From Thermoanaerobaculia bacterium (GTDB taxonomy: Bacteria; Acidobacteriota; Thermoanaerobaculia; Multivoradales; Multivoraceae): a stretch of 64,000 nucleotides of DNA. Below the pieces are notes generated by a model. That model was not told the DNA's origin and ran no database searches. It was given only the letters and a program-made list of their open reading frames with translations. Each line of letters starts with the position of its first letter. The stretch's first letter is position 1. This document shows, piece after piece, positions 12,975 through 21,765 of this stretch. A program made the translations under genes and the position numbers. The stretch covers positions 160,001 to 224,000 of the forward strand of contig OY762911.1 in the NCBI GenBank assembly GCA_963666565.1, written 5' to 3'.

Positions 12975-13060
12975 CTTCTCATCTCCCTCCGGGATGAACC
13001 GCGGAACGGGCGCGCCCGCGGAAGGCGACGATTCTGCCCTACTTCAACGTCATCCGGGGC

Positions 13061-13477
13061 TCAGGTTCTCGGGTCCCAGTCAGGCAGGAGACCGGCGGCA
13101 CGGCAGGTGCGGGCCAGATCCTTGTCCAACGTCGCCAAGGAGGCGTCCAGCCGTTGGGCCAGCTCCAAGTACATCGCATCGTAGATCGACAGGCCGTGCG
13201 CTCTGGCCAGGGCGAGAGTCAGCCCCAAGCGCGGGTCGGTGTCCGTCCGCACCGGCAGGTCTCCCAAGCTGCGCAGGCGTTCGTCGACTTCGTCCGAGCG
13301 AATCCGTCCACTTCGTTCCGCGCCGAGCAAGGCGCTTCGTATTTCGACATGCCAGAGCTGCGGAACCAGCGCCTCCTCGGTCTCAAGCCGCGCCAACGCC
13401 GCGTTCGACAGCGTCTCCTCCTCATCGTCCAGGAGCCACGCCGCCGCCACCGACGCTTCGAGCACGAACCCGGACAC
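13061..13477 (-). CDS. vapC: VapC/PIN-domain toxin
   Basis: FVLEASVA, VPQLWHVE, LSIYDAMYLELA, LATLD; GTG start at 13477 just after antitoxin stop. Confidence 0.85.
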   Translation of the reverse strand: MSGFVLEASVAAAWLLDDEEETLSNAALARLETEEALVPQLWHVEIRSALLGAERSGRIRSDEVDERLRSLGDLPVRTDTDPRLGLTLALARAHGLSIYDAMYLELAQRLDASLATLDKDLARTCRAAGLLPDWDPRT

Positions 13478-13484
13478 ATGACAC

Positions 13485-13745
13485 CTAGCGGCGGCCTTCG
13501 TGAATGGCGGCAACGATCTCCTCGGACGTCATCCGGACGCGTCGCCACTGCCGACGGCGCTTCCGGAAGCCCTCCACAGCCGACTTCCGAGCTTCACGCT
13601 CCTGATTCCGCGCCGGAACCAGATGCGCGATGGCCTGGCCATGACGCGTGATCGCGACCGTCTGGCCGTACTCGACGGCCCGCAAGAGCTCCGCCAAGTG
13701 CGCCTTGGCTTCGGTTGTGGAAACGTCCCGAATGGCACCGGTCAT
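13485..13745 (-). CDS. Phd/YefM-family antitoxin
   Basis: EAKAHLAELLRAVEYGQTVAITRHGQAIAHLVP; directly upstream of PIN toxin. Confidence 0.88.
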   Translation of the reverse strand: MTGAIRDVSTTEAKAHLAELLRAVEYGQTVAITRHGQAIAHLVPARNQEREARKSAVEGFRKRRRQWRRVRMTSEEIVAAIHEGRR

Positions 13746-13860
13746 TCTGACCGGGCAAACTACCACGAGATCTCCAGTCGCGACAGCCCTCCGGTCGGTG
13801 GGCCGCAAACCTTCGAGTCCAGCATCCTTCTCTACGACAACGAGCCGGCCGGCACCGATC

Positions 13861-14823
13861 CTAGCGGCCGCCTCCGCGCACCAAGCGCAGGAAGAAGGCC
13901 CGCGCCACGTGGCCGGCGATGCTCGGGTTCTCGCGCAGGCGGCGGGTCGAGTACGCGTACCACTGGCGTCCGTAGGGCACATAGATCCGTACGCGGTGCC
14001 CGGCCCGGACGAGGCGGTCGCGGCGCTCCTCGGTCACGCCCAGCAGCATCTGGAACTCGTAGCGGTCCCGCGCCAGGCCGAGGCGCTCGATCATCCGTCC
14101 CGATTCCCGGAGCAGATAGTCGTCGTGCGTGGCGATGCCGACGTAGGCCCCGCGGTCGAACAGGGCCTCGAGCGAGGCCAGGAAGTTCCGGCGCACCTTG
14201 CCGTAGTCCTGGATCGCCACGCTCGGCGGCTCGACGTAGATGCCCTTGCACAGGCGCGCGTTGGCGCGCTCGGGCAGCGCCGCGATGTCGGCCAGGGTGC
14301 GGTGGAGATAGGCCTGCAGCACGACTCCGACCGCGTCGCCGCCGGCGCCGGAACCGGTCGGCCCGCCGGTCGCCGCGCGCGTGCGCGAAGCGGCCACGGC
14401 CTCCCGGTAGAGATCGAGCGTGGCCGTCGTGCAGGTGTGGTCCTCCATGTCGATGCGGACGAAGTTGCTGCGGGCCTCGGCGCGGCGAACGAGTTCGGAG
14501 AGGTGATCGCGGCAGAGACCGCGCGAGACCTTGAGCCCCAGGAGAGTCAGCTTGACCGAGACGTTGCAGTCGAGATCGCGTTCGGCGAGCGCGTCGAGGA
14601 GGTCGAGATAGAGCCCCGTGCCTTCGCCGGCGAGCTCCGGGCTGTCGATCTCCTCGCCGAGGAGCGCCAGGGTTCCCATGAGCCCCCGGCGGTTGAGCGC
14701 GGCGGCGCAGTCGAGCGCGTCGTCCGGTTCGTCGCCGGCCACGTAGGGTGCCGCCGCCCAGCGCACCAGCGGCGGGGGCATAAGCGGCAGGGACCAGCCG
14801 ACGACCCTCGAGAAGACCGTCAC
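13861..14823 (-). CDS. putB: Monofunctional proline dehydrogenase
   Basis: VSVKLT, VRIDMED, VLQAYL.RT, RLCKG.Y, IATHD, EFQMLLG, YVPYG..WYAY..RRL.E. Confidence 0.92.
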   Translation of the reverse strand: MTVFSRVVGWSLPLMPPPLVRWAAAPYVAGDEPDDALDCAAALNRRGLMGTLALLGEEIDSPELAGEGTGLYLDLLDALAERDLDCNVSVKLTLLGLKVSRGLCRDHLSELVRRAEARSNFVRIDMEDHTCTTATLDLYREAVAASRTRAATGGPTGSGAGGDAVGVVLQAYLHRTLADIAALPERANARLCKGIYVEPPSVAIQDYGKVRRNFLASLEALFDRGAYVGIATHDDYLLRESGRMIERLGLARDRYEFQMLLGVTEERRDRLVRAGHRVRIYVPYGRQWYAYSTRRLRENPSIAGHVARAFFLRLVRGGGR

Positions 14824-14833
14824 GGCGGCGCCA

Positions 14834-15754
14834 TCAGGGGCTGGCAGCCGGAGCGCCCACGTGTTCGTGGGCGTGGTAGCTGCTGCGCACCAGCGGACCC
14901 GACTCGCAGTGGCTGAAGCCCAGGCCGAGGGCGAACCCGCGCAGCCGCGCGAATTCGTCCGGGTGCACGTAGCGGTCGACCGGCAGGTGGTCGCGGGTCG
15001 GCTGCAGGTACTGCCCGATGGTCAGGATCCCGGTTCCCGCCGACCGGATATCCCGGATCGTCGCTTCGAGTTCGGCCGTCGTCTCGCCCAGGCCGACCAT
15101 CAGGCCCGTCTTCACCCGTCCGCCGTAGCTTCCGCTGTCGCGGCGCGACGCCGCTTCCCTCAGCAGCGCCAGACTTCGCTCGTAGTCGCTGCCGGGCCGC
15201 GCCTGCCGGTAGAGCCGCGGAACCGTCTCCATGTTGTGCGAGAACACCTCCGGGCGCTCGGCGAGCACGATGTCCAGCGCGTCGGCGACGCCCCGGAAGT
15301 CCGGCGTCAGGACCTCCACCGCGGCTTCCGGCAGCCGCTCCCGGATCGCCCGGATCGTGTCGGCGAAGTGCCCGGCACCGCCGTCCGGAAGGTCGTCCCG
15401 GTCCACCGAGGTGACGACCACGTGGCGCAGGCCCATCGCCGCCGCGGCCTCCGCAACCCGCGCCGGTTCGTCCTCATCGACGCCCGGGGCGGGCCGGCCG
15501 GTGTGGACGGCGCAGAACCCGCAGCGGCGCGTACAGGTGTCGCCGAGGATCATGAACGTCGCCGTGCCGTGCTCGCCCCAGCACTCGTAGATGTTCGGGC
15601 AGCGCGCCTCCTCGCACACCGTGTTCAGCTTCAGCCCGTCCATCAACCGCCGCACGCGGCGGTACGGCGCCGGCGTGCTGAGCCGAATGCGCAGCCAGTC
15701 CGGCCGCGGCAGGCGGGCGGCACCACCGGCACCGATGGGAACGAGTTCGTCCAC
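14834..15754 (-). CDS. lipA: Lipoyl synthase
   Basis: CEEARCPNIYEC and CTRRCGFC clusters, RSSY. Confidence 0.97.
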   Translation of the reverse strand: MDELVPIGAGGAARLPRPDWLRIRLSTPAPYRRVRRLMDGLKLNTVCEEARCPNIYECWGEHGTATFMILGDTCTRRCGFCAVHTGRPAPGVDEDEPARVAEAAAAMGLRHVVVTSVDRDDLPDGGAGHFADTIRAIRERLPEAAVEVLTPDFRGVADALDIVLAERPEVFSHNMETVPRLYRQARPGSDYERSLALLREAASRRDSGSYGGRVKTGLMVGLGETTAELEATIRDIRSAGTGILTIGQYLQPTRDHLPVDRYVHPDEFARLRGFALGLGFSHCESGPLVRSSYHAHEHVGAPAASP

Positions 15755-15759
15755 GCGAG

Positions 15760-16638
15760 TCAGGACTCCAGCGGCCGACCTTCTCGCGGCCGCGCATCGT
15801 CGATCCTAGTAGCCCGCGCGGCGGAAACCGGGTGCGCCGGCGTCCCCGCCGGCATCCGGCGCGAAGCGCCGGCTTCCGGGTCTTCTGGCGCGCCAGCTCT
15901 GGCGCCGCCGCCCGACTCGCCCGTGACCGGCCAGAGGGCCGCTACGCCGAGCGACTCCGGCTCCACCGTCGCCAGCCGGCGCTCGAAGACCTCAGCGAAG
16001 GTCTCCGCGCAGCGGGCGGCCACCTCGTCCAAGCCGTGACGGCGGCCGGTCAGTTCCTCGATCGAAGTCATCACGCCGGCATCGAACCCGCAGGACAGGA
16101 TGCCGGCGAAGTCGTCCAGGTCGGTGCAGACGTTGAGCGCGAAGCCATGGGTGGTGACCCAGCGCCGGAGGTGGATGCCGATCGAGCCGATCTTCCGGCG
16201 ACCTACCCACACGCCAATGCGCTCCCGCTCTTCGCCGCCCACGGCGGCGACGCCGAACGCCGCCACGGTACGAACCAGGACCTCCTGCAGGTCCCGAACA
16301 TAGCCGCGGACGTTCCGCCGATCCGCCCTCAGATCGATGACCGGGTAGCCGACGAGCTGCCCCGGGCCATGGTAGGTCGCGCGTCCGCCCCGGTCGCACT
16401 CGGCGACCGCTATTCCCCGCTGCCGCAGCCAGTCGGGGTCCGCCAGGACATCGGTCCGGTCACAGTTCCGGCCGACCGTGTAGGTCGGCGGATGCTCAAG
16501 CAGGAGCAACGTATCCGAGGCATCGGGTTCGCTGTCCAGGAGTTCCTGCCGTAGCCGGTGCTGCAGCTCGACGCCGGCCTCATAGCTCACTCGCCCGAGA
16601 TAGACGGAGCGGATCGTTGCGCCGTTGCCCAGTTTCAT
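15760..16638 (-). CDS. lipB: Octanoyltransferase LipB with low-complexity C-terminal extension
   Basis: LLEHPPTYT.G, RGGRATYHGPGQLVGY, KIGSIG, HGFALN; ATG at 16638 chosen as start. Confidence 0.93.
   Translation of the reverse strand: MKLGNGATIRSVYLGRVSYEAGVELQHRLRQELLDSEPDASDTLLLLEHPPTYTVGRNCDRTDVLADPDWLRQRGIAVAECDRGGRATYHGPGQLVGYPVIDLRADRRNVRGYVRDLQEVLVRTVAAFGVAAVGGEERERIGVWVGRRKIGSIGIHLRRWVTTHGFALNVCTDLDDFAGILSCGFDAGVMTSIEELTGRRHGLDEVAARCAETFAEVFERRLATVEPESLGVAALWPVTGESGGGARAGAPEDPEAGASRRMPAGTPAHPVSAARATRIDDARPREGRPLES
15828..15872. repeat. REP-like hairpin pair inside lipB 3' extension
   Basis: CCGGGTGC-GCCGGCG-TCCC-CGCCGGC followed by CCGGCGC-GAA-GCGCCGG; same GGGTGCGC head as intergenic copies. 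Confidence 0.6.
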
Positions 16639-16744
16639 CGTCGGTAAGGCGACTCGAGTCCACTCCCGCAGCGACCGCTCAAACGCCAATGCAGCCGCTC
16701 TCATTCCTATCACTGGCAGCGGAGTGCCGCCGAAGTCCGGCGAG

Positions 16745-18430
16745 CTACGCGCCGTAGCTGGAAGCCTGTTCCTCCGTCACGAAGCCGTTTCGCAGGTCCT
16801 CCGCGATCAACTCGGACAGACGGTCCTCGGGCCTGCCCCAGCCGCCACCCGTCGCCGTCACGCAGCGGACGATGTCGCCCCGCCTGAGCGGAAGCCGGGC
16901 CGCCTTGCCGTAGATCTCCGGCGGGTCGGAGCGTTGGCCCTGCCGGAGGATCTCCACGTAGTTGCGAGAGCCGTCGCGGCCGCCCGCGCTCCCCCAGGGC
17001 GGAAACCTGAAGCGACCGAAACTGCCCGTGAACGTCGCGCTCTCCGAGCGAATTCGGTAGGCGAGCACGACGCCCTTCCCGCCACGATGGCGGCCCTCCC
17101 CTCCGGGTTCGTTGTGAAACGCGTACTCCTCGACGTGGACCCCGTAGCGAGCCTCCGTGATCTCGACCGGGATGTTGTACGTCTCGCCGTCGGCCACCGA
17201 GAACTGGCCGTTCAGCCCGTCGCGGTCGTGCATCGCGCCCCAACCGCCCACCAGGGGGCAGACCAGGATCGTGGGTTCGCCGGTATCGGCATGGTCGCCG
17301 GCGATGATGATGGCGCAAACCGACAGCACGTGCCCGGCCGTCAGACGGTCAGGGACGAGTTCGGCAAGGGCCTTCCAGATCAGATCCTCCGCGTACAGCA
17401 TCGTTTCCCAGTAGGTCGAAACGGGCGCCGGACGCCGGGCGGTGAACACCGTCTCATCCGGGCAGACGACCTCGAGCGCGCGGAAGCAGCCACCGTTGGC
17501 GGGTATCTGCGGATTGGTCAGGGCCTTGAAGATCGTCCGCACAGCTGAAACCAGGCCGGTCCTCGAGTTGTTGATTGGACCTAGCGCCTGAGACGCGCTG
17601 CCGCTGAAGTCGACGAGAAACCTGTCCTCCGAGATCTCGATGCGGACCCGCACCTTCAAGGGTTCGTCGCTCAAGCCGTCGTCGTCAATCCAGTCCTCCG
17701 CCTCGAAGACGCCCTGAGGCAGCTTCCCGAGTTCGGCGGCAACCATCGCCTCGCCGTGGTCGAGCAGTCCGGCCATCGCCGCCAGCACGGCGTCACGCCC
17801 GTAGCGTTCGAGCAGACCGTGAAGACGCGCTTCGCCTACGGAGCAGGCAGCGGTGGCCGCCCGCAGGTCGCCCATCGAGTCCTGGGGCAGCCTGATGTTG
17901 GATCGGAGGATCTCGAAGACCGCTTCCTGCTCCCGACCCTCGTCGATCAGCTTCACCGTCGGAATCTGCAGGCCCTCTTGGAAGATCTCGGTGGCATCCG
18001 TCGTGAAACTCCCGGGAGACATGCCGCCGACGTCCACCCAGTGGGCCTTGTTGACCGTGAAGGCGATGAGCTCCCCTTCCCAGAAGACGGGCTTCGCGAA
18101 GGCGATGTCGGAGAGATGAGTGCCGCCGCCCTCGTACGGATCGTTGCTGATGAAGATGTCGCCCGGGCGAATGTCGCCCCGCTCGCCGAACTTGGCGAGG
18201 ATGTCCCGCACCAGCGAGTCGATCATCCCCAGAAAGACGGTAGTTCCGTTTCCTTGGGCGATCAGATCGCCCCTGCCGTCCGTGACGCCGACCGAGTAGT
18301 CCAGAGCCTCGTAGATGATCGGGCTCATGCTGGTACGCGCCATGGCATCGAACATCTCATCCCCCACGGCGACCAGGGCGTTCCTGATGATCTCCTGGTC
18401 GTAGGGATCCTGCCGCGTTCCGTCCGTCAC
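16745..18430 (-). CDS. Hydantoinase B/5-oxoprolinase family subunit
   Basis: GTG start overlapping upstream stop; RTSMSPIIYEALD, NDPYEGGGTHLSD, HWVDVGG..PGS, EIFQEG, GGGWG. Confidence 0.92.
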   Translation of the reverse strand: MTDGTRQDPYDQEIIRNALVAVGDEMFDAMARTSMSPIIYEALDYSVGVTDGRGDLIAQGNGTTVFLGMIDSLVRDILAKFGERGDIRPGDIFISNDPYEGGGTHLSDIAFAKPVFWEGELIAFTVNKAHWVDVGGMSPGSFTTDATEIFQEGLQIPTVKLIDEGREQEAVFEILRSNIRLPQDSMGDLRAATAACSVGEARLHGLLERYGRDAVLAAMAGLLDHGEAMVAAELGKLPQGVFEAEDWIDDDGLSDEPLKVRVRIEISEDRFLVDFSGSASQALGPINNSRTGLVSAVRTIFKALTNPQIPANGGCFRALEVVCPDETVFTARRPAPVSTYWETMLYAEDLIWKALAELVPDRLTAGHVLSVCAIIIAGDHADTGEPTILVCPLVGGWGAMHDRDGLNGQFSVADGETYNIPVEITEARYGVHVEEYAFHNEPGGEGRHRGGKGVVLAYRIRSESATFTGSFGRFRFPPWGSAGGRDGSRNYVEILRQGQRSDPPEIYGKAARLPLRRGDIVRCVTATGGGWGRPEDRLSELIAEDLRNGFVTEEQASSYGA

Positions 18431-20478
18431 GGCGCCGCCCGCATGTCGATGTGGATGTTGCCGAAGTCGTCCATCGCGGCCTCCTTTCGCGGCGGCACCA
18501 GCACCGCGGCCGTGCCGTCCTCGATCACCGCCGGCCCCTCGATCCTCATGCCGGGCCGGAAGCGGGAGCAGTCGTAGGCGTCCGCCCTCCATTCGCTGTC
18601 CTGGTCGAAGTCGACCAGGCGCGCTCCGGTACGGGCGGCGTCCGCGTCCATCTCGCCCGCGGGAAGTCGGGCCAGCTCCGACCTGCCTGCCCGGGCGGTC
18701 ACCACGACGTGGAAGTTGACGAGTTCGACCGGGTTCGAGAGCCGGTACGTGAACTCCTGTTCGTGCGCCGCATGGAATCGGATCATTGCCTCCTCGACGG
18801 CGCCTTCGTCGATCTTCCCCGAGGGAACGGCCACCTTGACCGTGTGCTCCTGTCCCCGATACCTGAGATCGGCGAACCGCGCCGTGGAGCAGTCCTCAAG
18901 CGTCATACCCTCGCTCTGGCACTGCTGAAGAGCCTCCGCCTCCATCGTCAGGAAGGTCTTCCTCACCGAGCGGACGGGAAGCCTGCTCAAGTTCTCCACC
19001 CGTGTCCGGACGAAGTCGCGCCGCAGGTCCGACATCAGCATGCCCCAGGCCGAAAACACGGACGACTGGGCGGGCACGATGACCCTGGGGATCATGAGCT
19101 CCCGGGCCAGAAACGCGGCGTGCATGCCGCCGCCCCCGCCGAACGCCACGAGCGCGAAGTCCCTCGTGTCCCGGCCGCGGTTGAGCGACACCAGCTTGAG
19201 CGCGTTCACCATGTTGGCGTTGGCAATCCGGACGACCCCCCGAGCCACGTCCTTCAGGCTGCCGCCCAGTCGCCGCCTGAGACCGGCGAACGCTCTCTCG
19301 ACGGCTTCCATGTCCGGCCGTCGCTCCCCGCCCAGGAACAGGTCCGGGTTGATCCGGCCCAGCAGCAGGTTGGCGTCGGTCGTCGTGGGTTCCGTGCCGC
19401 CCTGTCCGTAGGCCGCCGGACCCGGTTCCGCGCCCGCGCTGACCGGACCGACGTGCAGGCTGCCTCCCTCGTCGATCCAGGCGATCGATCCCCCGCCATT
19501 GCCGATCTCGACCAGATCCACGACCGGGATACGGATCGGATAGCCGGGGTTCGTTCGATCCCACTCGATCCTGTAGTCGGACGAGATGCGGACCTTCCCG
19601 TCCGCGATCAGGGCCGTCTTGGCCGTCGTGCCGCCGATGTCCAGGGCGAGAACGTTCGGCTCGCCGATCTGGCGGCCGAGTTCGGCGGCGCCCAGCATCC
19701 CGCTCGCCGGTCCGGACTCGACCATGGAGATCGGATTGTTCAAGGCGCCCCGCACTGTCGCGACTCCGCCGTTCGACTGCATGACCAGCAGTTCGGACTC
19801 CACTTCACGGACGCGGAGTTCGGTCGACAGGGCGCCCAGATACGACGTCGCCAGCGGATGAACGTATGCCGACAGAACGGCGGTGCTCGTCCGCTCGTAC
19901 TCGCGCCACTCCCGGCAGACGCTGTACGAGCTGACGACCGACAGCTCCGGAAACCTCTGGCGGAGAAAGGACTCGACCGCGATCTCGTGGGCCGGATTCA
20001 GGTAGGCGTGGAGGAAGCAGATGGCGACGGCTTCGACGTTCGCCCGCGCGATCTGCTCCGCCAGCTCTTGAAGGGCGTCGTCGCCGACCGGTCGCTTGAC
20101 CTTTCCCTGGTAGTCGATTCGCTCATCGACCTCGAAGCGGCGCGCTCGGGGCACGAACGGTCGCGGCTTCGCGAACGCGAAGTTGAACAGATCCGGCCTG
20201 TTGCCGCGGGCGATCTCCAGCACGTCGCGAAACCCGGCCGTCGTCACCAGGGCCGTCTTCGCGCCACGGCGCGAGAGCAGCGCGTTGATCACCACCGTCG
20301 TGCCGTGAGCGAAGAACTCGATGTCCTTGCCGTCGAGCCCCGAACCATCGATGGCCGCGAGCAGTCCCCGCTCGAAGTCCGGCGGCGTCGTGTGCGCCTT
20401 GGCGACGCGCAGGCCCCGATCGTCCAGGTACACGAGGTCGGTGAAGGTACCTCCGACATCCGTGGCGACCCGGATCAT
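18427..20478 (-). CDS. Hydantoinase A/5-oxoprolinase family subunit
   Basis: DVGGTFTD, HGTT, EYERTST, SGPASG, DIGGTT, GPVSAGAEPGP, RYRGQEH. Confidence 0.93.
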   Translation of the reverse strand: MIRVATDVGGTFTDLVYLDDRGLRVAKAHTTPPDFERGLLAAIDGSGLDGKDIEFFAHGTTVVINALLSRRGAKTALVTTAGFRDVLEIARGNRPDLFNFAFAKPRPFVPRARRFEVDERIDYQGKVKRPVGDDALQELAEQIARANVEAVAICFLHAYLNPAHEIAVESFLRQRFPELSVVSSYSVCREWREYERTSTAVLSAYVHPLATSYLGALSTELRVREVESELLVMQSNGGVATVRGALNNPISMVESGPASGMLGAAELGRQIGEPNVLALDIGGTTAKTALIADGKVRISSDYRIEWDRTNPGYPIRIPVVDLVEIGNGGGSIAWIDEGGSLHVGPVSAGAEPGPAAYGQGGTEPTTTDANLLLGRINPDLFLGGERRPDMEAVERAFAGLRRRLGGSLKDVARGVVRIANANMVNALKLVSLNRGRDTRDFALVAFGGGGGMHAAFLARELMIPRVIVPAQSSVFSAWGMLMSDLRRDFVRTRVENLSRLPVRSVRKTFLTMEAEALQQCQSEGMTLEDCSTARFADLRYRGQEHTVKVAVPSGKIDEGAVEEAMIRFHAAHEQEFTYRLSNPVELVNFHVVVTARAGRSELARLPAGEMDADAARTGARLVDFDQDSEWRADAYDCSRFRPGMRIEGPAVIEDGTAAVLVPPRKEAAMDDFGNIHIDMRAAP

Positions 20479-20559
20479 AGGAGTTCGCCGCCGATCGGGA
20501 GAGGCCGCCGCGCTTCAGATCCCCGCGTCCGTTGGTAGGGTCCGAAGGCGGAGGCGGCG

Positions 20560-21144
20560 ATGTTGCAGCGAGAGGGCAAGGCGGCTTCACGGGATCTCCT
20601 GCAGGCTGGGCAGATGATCCGGGCGCGACGCGTCCAGCTCGGGCTCACGCTCCAGCGACTTGGCGAGATGGCCGGTCTCTCCCCGGCCTTCATCTCTCTC
20701 GTCGAGCGCAACAAGGCGGTTCCGTCGCTTGTATCCCTGGTGAACCTGGCACGGGCGCTGGAGGTCAACGTCTCGACGTTCATGGAGGTTCCGGCGGGCG
20801 AGGCGCATGTGCGTCGCCGCTCCGACCCGCAGCAGATCGAAGTCGATTCGCCCGTGGAGTACCACCAGTTGAGCGCCTGCATGCGGTTCCAGCAGATGGA
20901 CGCCATCTTCATGAAGATACCGCCCGGCCACGTCTTTCCCGACGACCAGCGGGAGGGGGAGGACTTCCTGTACGTCATCAAGGGCGAGCTCTACTGCGAG
21001 TTGGGGGACGAGAAGGTGACTCTGTCGGAAGGCGATTCGATGCACTTCAACGCGCGGACCGTCCACAACGCGAGCAACCTGTCGGACTCCGAGGTCGAGC
21101 TGCTCTACGTCGGCACACCAAGCGTGTTCGGCCAGGGCGAGTAG
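20560..21144 (+). CDS. XRE-family HTH/cupin transcriptional regulator
   Basis: IRARR..LGLTLQRL..AGLS.AFIS.VER...PS; cupin EGEDFLYVIKGE, GDSMHF. Confidence 0.9.
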   Translation: MLQREGKAASRDLLQAGQMIRARRVQLGLTLQRLGEMAGLSPAFISLVERNKAVPSLVSLVNLARALEVNVSTFMEVPAGEAHVRRRSDPQQIEVDSPVEYHQLSACMRFQQMDAIFMKIPPGHVFPDDQREGEDFLYVIKGELYCELGDEKVTLSEGDSMHFNARTVHNASNLSDSEVELLYVGTPSVFGQGE

Positions 21145-21156
21145 CAGCCAAGGTGC

Positions 21157-21759
21157 TCATTCCGCGTCGCTCAGCATCCGGGCGCGGATGATCCGGACGC
21201 GACGGCTGAGGAACTCCGATTCCTCGGCTCGTGCGTAGATCGCCTGGAGGACGGAGAAACCGGCGATCACACGACCGAAGGCGGCGAACCCCTGTCCGTC
21301 CGGTTGGCGGCGTCCGCCGTAATCCAGCTCCGGCTCGTCTCGCATGCAGACGAAGAAGCTGCCGTACGGCTCGCCGGCCTTGAATCTCGACATGGAGACG
21401 GACCATCGCTCGTGCCTCAGGCCCGTCGCGACGGTCGGTTCGTGGCCGATGACGGGCCGGACGGGAACGTCCTCGGCCGCCAAACCGGCCTGGATGATCT
21501 CGATCGGACAGGCCGCCTGGCCCGCCTGGTTCTTCCGGGTCGCGATGCGGTAGACGGAGGACCCGTCGAGTCCCCCCGCCTGGACCAGCCCGATGAAGTA
21601 GGCCGACGTGATCGGTGCTCGGCCGATCGAGAGTTCGAGGCGGAAGTCGCCAACCTCGGTGGACACGCCGCAGAGCGCGGGAACCGGCGATTCCGGAGGA
21701 CGAAGCCGCGAGCGCCCGTTCTCCAGGACCACGCGGGCCGACCTGCGCCGACGGCCCAC
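21157..21759 (-). CDS. Cyclophilin-type peptidyl-prolyl isomerase
   Basis: AP.T, YRI, IIQAG, HEPT..TGLRH, SMSR, FFVC, PDGQGFAAFGRV; exact start uncertain. Confidence 0.8.
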   Translation of the reverse strand: MGRRRRSARVVLENGRSRLRPPESPVPALCGVSTEVGDFRLELSIGRAPITSAYFIGLVQAGGLDGSSVYRIATRKNQAGQAACPIEIIQAGLAAEDVPVRPVIGHEPTVATGLRHERWSVSMSRFKAGEPYGSFFVCMRDEPELDYGGRRQPDGQGFAAFGRVIAGFSVLQAIYARAEESEFLSRRVRIIRARMLSDAE

Positions 21760-21765
21760 GCCCCG

